Shown here piece after piece: positions 61,157 to 64,000 of a DNA stretch of 64,000 nt. The stretch is from NCBI GenBank assembly GCA_965202985.1, contig CBDBCF010000001.1, forward strand, positions 2,592,001-2,656,000, in the 5' to 3' direction. The translations under genes were made by a program, and so were the position numbers. The stretch comes from Longimicrobiales bacterium (GTDB lineage: Bacteria; Gemmatimonadota; Gemmatimonadetes; Longimicrobiales; Gaopeijiaceae). The notes beneath the pieces were generated by a model that searched no databases, was not told the DNA's origin, and saw only the letters and a program-made list of their open reading frames with translations. How positions within the stretch are numbered: position 1 is the first letter of the stretch; each line of letters starts with the position of its first letter.

Positions 61157-61296
61157 ACTTCCATAGACGGGTTCGGAGTCCAGGGAAGCGCAACACCGTA
61201 CGGGACCTTGGCGGGAGACGTACGGACCCTGGGCTCCGGCCCGCGAGCACGGGCGAAGGGCCCGAAACCGGCAAGGAACCGAAGCGAGGGAACGAC

Positions 61297-62616
61297 ATGA
61301 AGGTGGTGTTGGGATACTCCGGAGGACTCGACACCTCGGTGATCGTGCCGTGGCTGGCGGAGAACTACGGCGCGGAGGTGATCTGCATGGCGGCCGACGT
61401 CGGCCAGCCCGGCGGGGTCGAGCATTTGGGCACGAAGGCGTTCGCCACCGGCGCGGCGGCGTTCTTCGGCGAAGACCTACGGCGGGAGTTCGTCTCCGAC
61501 TACGTCCTGCCGGTAGTGCGGGCGGGCGCGGTCTACAGCCGCAAGTACTTGCTGGGCACGGCCATGGGACGGCCTCTGATCGCGCGCCGCATGGTGGAGA
61601 TCGCGCGCCGGACGGGGGCGAACGCGCTGGCCCACGGATGCACGGGGAAGGGGAACGACCAGCTTCGGTTCGAGTTGTCGTTCGCGGCCCTGGCCCCCGA
61701 ACTGGACGTGATCGCTCCCTGGCGCGAGTGGGAGATCGCCTCGCGCGAGGACGCGCTGGCCTATGCCCGCGCCCGCGGCATCGCGCTGGACGTGGACGAG
61801 GACAAGCTCTACTCCCGGGACGAGAACCTGTGGCACACCAGCCACGAGGGAGGACCGCTGGAGGACCCGTCCAATGTTCCCGGGCGGGACGTGTTCACGC
61901 GCACCCGCGACCCCCTGGAGGCGCCCGACGAACCCCTGGAGCTGGAGCTGGGCTTCGAAGCGGGCGTGCCCGTGTCTGCCGACGGGCGGCGCCTGTCGCC
62001 TTTGGAGCTGCTGCGTTCGCTCAACCGCTTGGCTGCTCGGCACGGCGTCGGTCGGGCCGACGTGATCGAGGACCGCGTGGTGGGCATCAAGTCCCGCGGC
62101 GTCTACGAGACTCCCGGCGGCACGGTGCTGCTCGCGGCTCTTCAGGAGCTGGAGCAGATGGTCCTTTCGCGGCGCGCGCTGGCCATGAAGGACGAGCTGG
62201 CGTCCCGCTACGCGGACTTGGTCTACGAAGGTCGTTGGTGGACGCCGGAGCGCAGGGCGCTGGACGCTTTGGTGGACTCGTTGATGGAGACCGTCACGGG
62301 CACGGTTCGCGTGCGGCTCTACAAGGGAGGCGTGCATGTTCTGTCGCGTACGAGCCCCATGTCCCTGTACGACCTGGGGCTGGCCTCGTTCGGGGCGTCG
62401 CAGGGGTACGCCCACTCGGACTCTTCCGGGTTCGTGAAGATCTTCGGCTTGCCGCTGCGGGCCGTGGCGCGCCAGGAGAGGGCCCGTCCGCGCGAGGGGC
62501 GCGGCGACGGGACTCGCGGGCGGGAGGCGCGACCACCGGGGGACCGCTCGCAGGAGTTTCCCGGGCAGGACGACCGAGTGGAGGGGGCGGCGGCGGTGCC
62601 TGCACGCAAGACCTGA
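61297..62616 (+). CDS. argG: Argininosuccinate synthase
   Basis: KVVLGYSGGLDTS, YLLGTAMGRP, AHGCTGKGNDQLRF, YSRDENLWHTSHEGG, IKSRGVYETPG. Confidence 0.97.
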   Translation: MKVVLGYSGGLDTSVIVPWLAENYGAEVICMAADVGQPGGVEHLGTKAFATGAAAFFGEDLRREFVSDYVLPVVRAGAVYSRKYLLGTAMGRPLIARRMVEIARRTGANALAHGCTGKGNDQLRFELSFAALAPELDVIAPWREWEIASREDALAYARARGIALDVDEDKLYSRDENLWHTSHEGGPLEDPSNVPGRDVFTRTRDPLEAPDEPLELELGFEAGVPVSADGRRLSPLELLRSLNRLAARHGVGRADVIEDRVVGIKSRGVYETPGGTVLLAALQELEQMVLSRRALAMKDELASRYADLVYEGRWWTPERRALDALVDSLMETVTGTVRVRLYKGGVHVLSRTSPMSLYDLGLASFGASQGYAHSDSSGFVKIFGLPLRAVARQERARPREGRGDGTRGREARPPGDRSQEFPGQDDRVEGAAAVPARKT

Positions 62617-64000
62617 CCCCGCTCTGGGGCGGACGCTTCGCCGACGGGGGCGGGCTGGCGCCGGAGATGGAGGCCCTCAATCGATCGCTGGACGTGGATT
62701 GGCGGCTGTGGCCCCACGACGTGCGGGGCAGCCGGGCCTGGGCGCGGGGGTTGGAGCGCGCGGGCGTCCTGTTGCCCCAAGAGGCGGCCGAGATCGACCA
62801 GGGGTTGACTGCCGTCGCGGCGCGGCTGAAGGCGCTCGGCGGCCCGGACGGCCTTCCCGACGAGGATGTCCACACGTTGATCGAGCGGTTGCTGACCGAG
62901 ATCGCCGGTCCGGTCGGGGGAAAGCTGCACACCGGCCGTTCCAGGAACGACCAGGTGGCCACCGCCTTCCGGCTTTGGGGCATGGAGGCGGTTCGCGAGC
63001 TGAAGGCGCAGACGGGCGCCCTGGCGCAGGCGCTGTTGCACCGGGCCGAGGCTGCGCGGGCTATCGTCATGCCGGCGTACACGCACCTGCAGCAGGCCCA
63101 GCCGGTTCCCGCCGCCCACTGGCTGCTGTCGCGGGCGTGGCCGCTGGTTCGCGACCTGGAGCGGCTGCGAGTCGTGGCCGGCGAGTGCGCCGTGATGCCG
63201 CTGGGGTCGGGTGCCGTGGCGGGGTGTCCGTTCGAGGTGGACCGGGAGCGGCTGGCCGACGAACTGGGCTTCCCGCGCCTGTCGGAGAACTCCATCGACG
63301 CGGTGTCGGACCGGGACTGGGTTGCGGGGCTCCTGTTCGCATGCGCCATGACCGGCGTGCACGTGTCCCAGCTGGCGGAGGACTTGGTGATCTTCTCCAG
63401 CGCCGAGTTCGGCTTCGCGCGGATCGGAAGCGGGTTCGCCACGGGGTCGTCCCTGATGCCGCAGAAGCGGAATCCCGACGCGGCCGAGCTGGCGCGGGGC
63501 AAGTCGGGCCGCCTGATCGGGAACTTGGCGGCGATGCTGGCCGTGCTGAAGGGGATGCCGACCGGCTACAACCGCGACCTGCAAGAGGACAAGGAGGCGG
63601 CGTTCGACTCGGTGGACACGCTGGGCGTGGTTCTGCCGGCCATGACGGGCGCCGTGGCGAGCCTGTCGCTGGACCGCGAGCGGGCTGCCCGGCAACTGGG
63701 CGCCGGAGTGTGCGCCACCGACTTGGCCGAGCACTTGGTGCGCCGCGGCGTTCCTTTCCGGGAGAGCCACCATGCCGTGGGCGCCCTGGTCCGGGCGGCG
63801 GAGGAGTCGGGCCGGGCGCTGGACGAGCTCGCGCTGGACGAGATGCGGGCCGTGCACCCGGCCTTCGGCGACGATGCGCGCGACGTCTTCGACCCGGCGG
63901 CTTCGGTGGAGTCCCGCGCCGTGCGCGGCGCCACGGCCACGGCCGCCGTGAAAGCCCAGCTGAAAGCGCTGTCCGCCGCGCTCGACGAGCCGTCCTCGCC
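62613..64000 (+). CDS. argH: Argininosuccinate lyase (3'-partial; not in the ORF track)
   Basis: My translation: (M)TPLWGGRF, EDVH, KLHTGRSRNDQVAT, MPAYTHLQQAQP, PLGSGAVAG, TGSSLMPQKRNPD, YNRDLQEDKE, GVPFRESH. Start CTG overlaps the argG stop (CTGA). Confidence 0.95.
   Translation, partial: MTPLWGGRFADGGGLAPEMEALNRSLDVDWRLWPHDVRGSRAWARGLERAGVLLPQEAAEIDQGLTAVAARLKALGGPDGLPDEDVHTLIERLLTEIAGPVGGKLHTGRSRNDQVATAFRLWGMEAVRELKAQTGALAQALLHRAEAARAIVMPAYTHLQQAQPVPAAHWLLSRAWPLVRDLERLRVVAGECAVMPLGSGAVAGCPFEVDRERLADELGFPRLSENSIDAVSDRDWVAGLLFACAMTGVHVSQLAEDLVIFSSAEFGFARIGSGFATGSSLMPQKRNPDAAELARGKSGRLIGNLAAMLAVLKGMPTGYNRDLQEDKEAAFDSVDTLGVVLPAMTGAVASLSLDRERAARQLGAGVCATDLAEHLVRRGVPFRESHHAVGALVRAAEESGRALDELALDEMRAVHPAFGDDARDVFDPAASVESRAVRGATATAAVKAQLKALSAALDEPSS

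Overview
High-GC bacterial chromosomal window. Gene content and the adhesin type suggest a host-associated, possibly sponge-symbiont Gemmatimonadota-like organism (inference only). 1-21256 is the 5'-truncated end of a giant (>7,080 aa) surface protein: about 45 tandem ~126-aa beta-sandwich-like repeats in a hierarchical A/B and 8-domain arrangement, then 5 cadherin-like domains, one Ig-like domain and an autotransporter-type C-terminal barrel. It is followed by tRNA-Gly/tRNA-Cys, hutH-hutU/hutF/hutI, an Rpn nuclease, an atypical rho, a tesA/ybbA/ybbP-like locus and an aminotransferase. A candidate defence island at ~39.9-45.3 kb holds a sigma70-region-4/wHTH protein, a sulfur-binding-domain HNH nuclease, a divergent SSB-like fusion with small ORFs, and a DUF262 + HEPN pair. 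After a BNR-repeat protein, an MFS and a YkvI-like gene comes a second defence patch at 51.2-53.9 kb: an Rpn split by a frameshifting deletion that leaves its C-terminal antitoxin-like ORF intact, plus an ABC-ATPase + TOPRIM-like pair. The window ends with an osmoprotectant ABC transporter, a Ser/Thr dehydratase, a TonB receptor and argR-argG-argH (argH runs off the end). Several genes appear to use CTG/ATT starts. I saw no CRISPR array, rRNA, integrase or reverse transcriptase. All family calls come from reading motifs by eye; no database searches were run.
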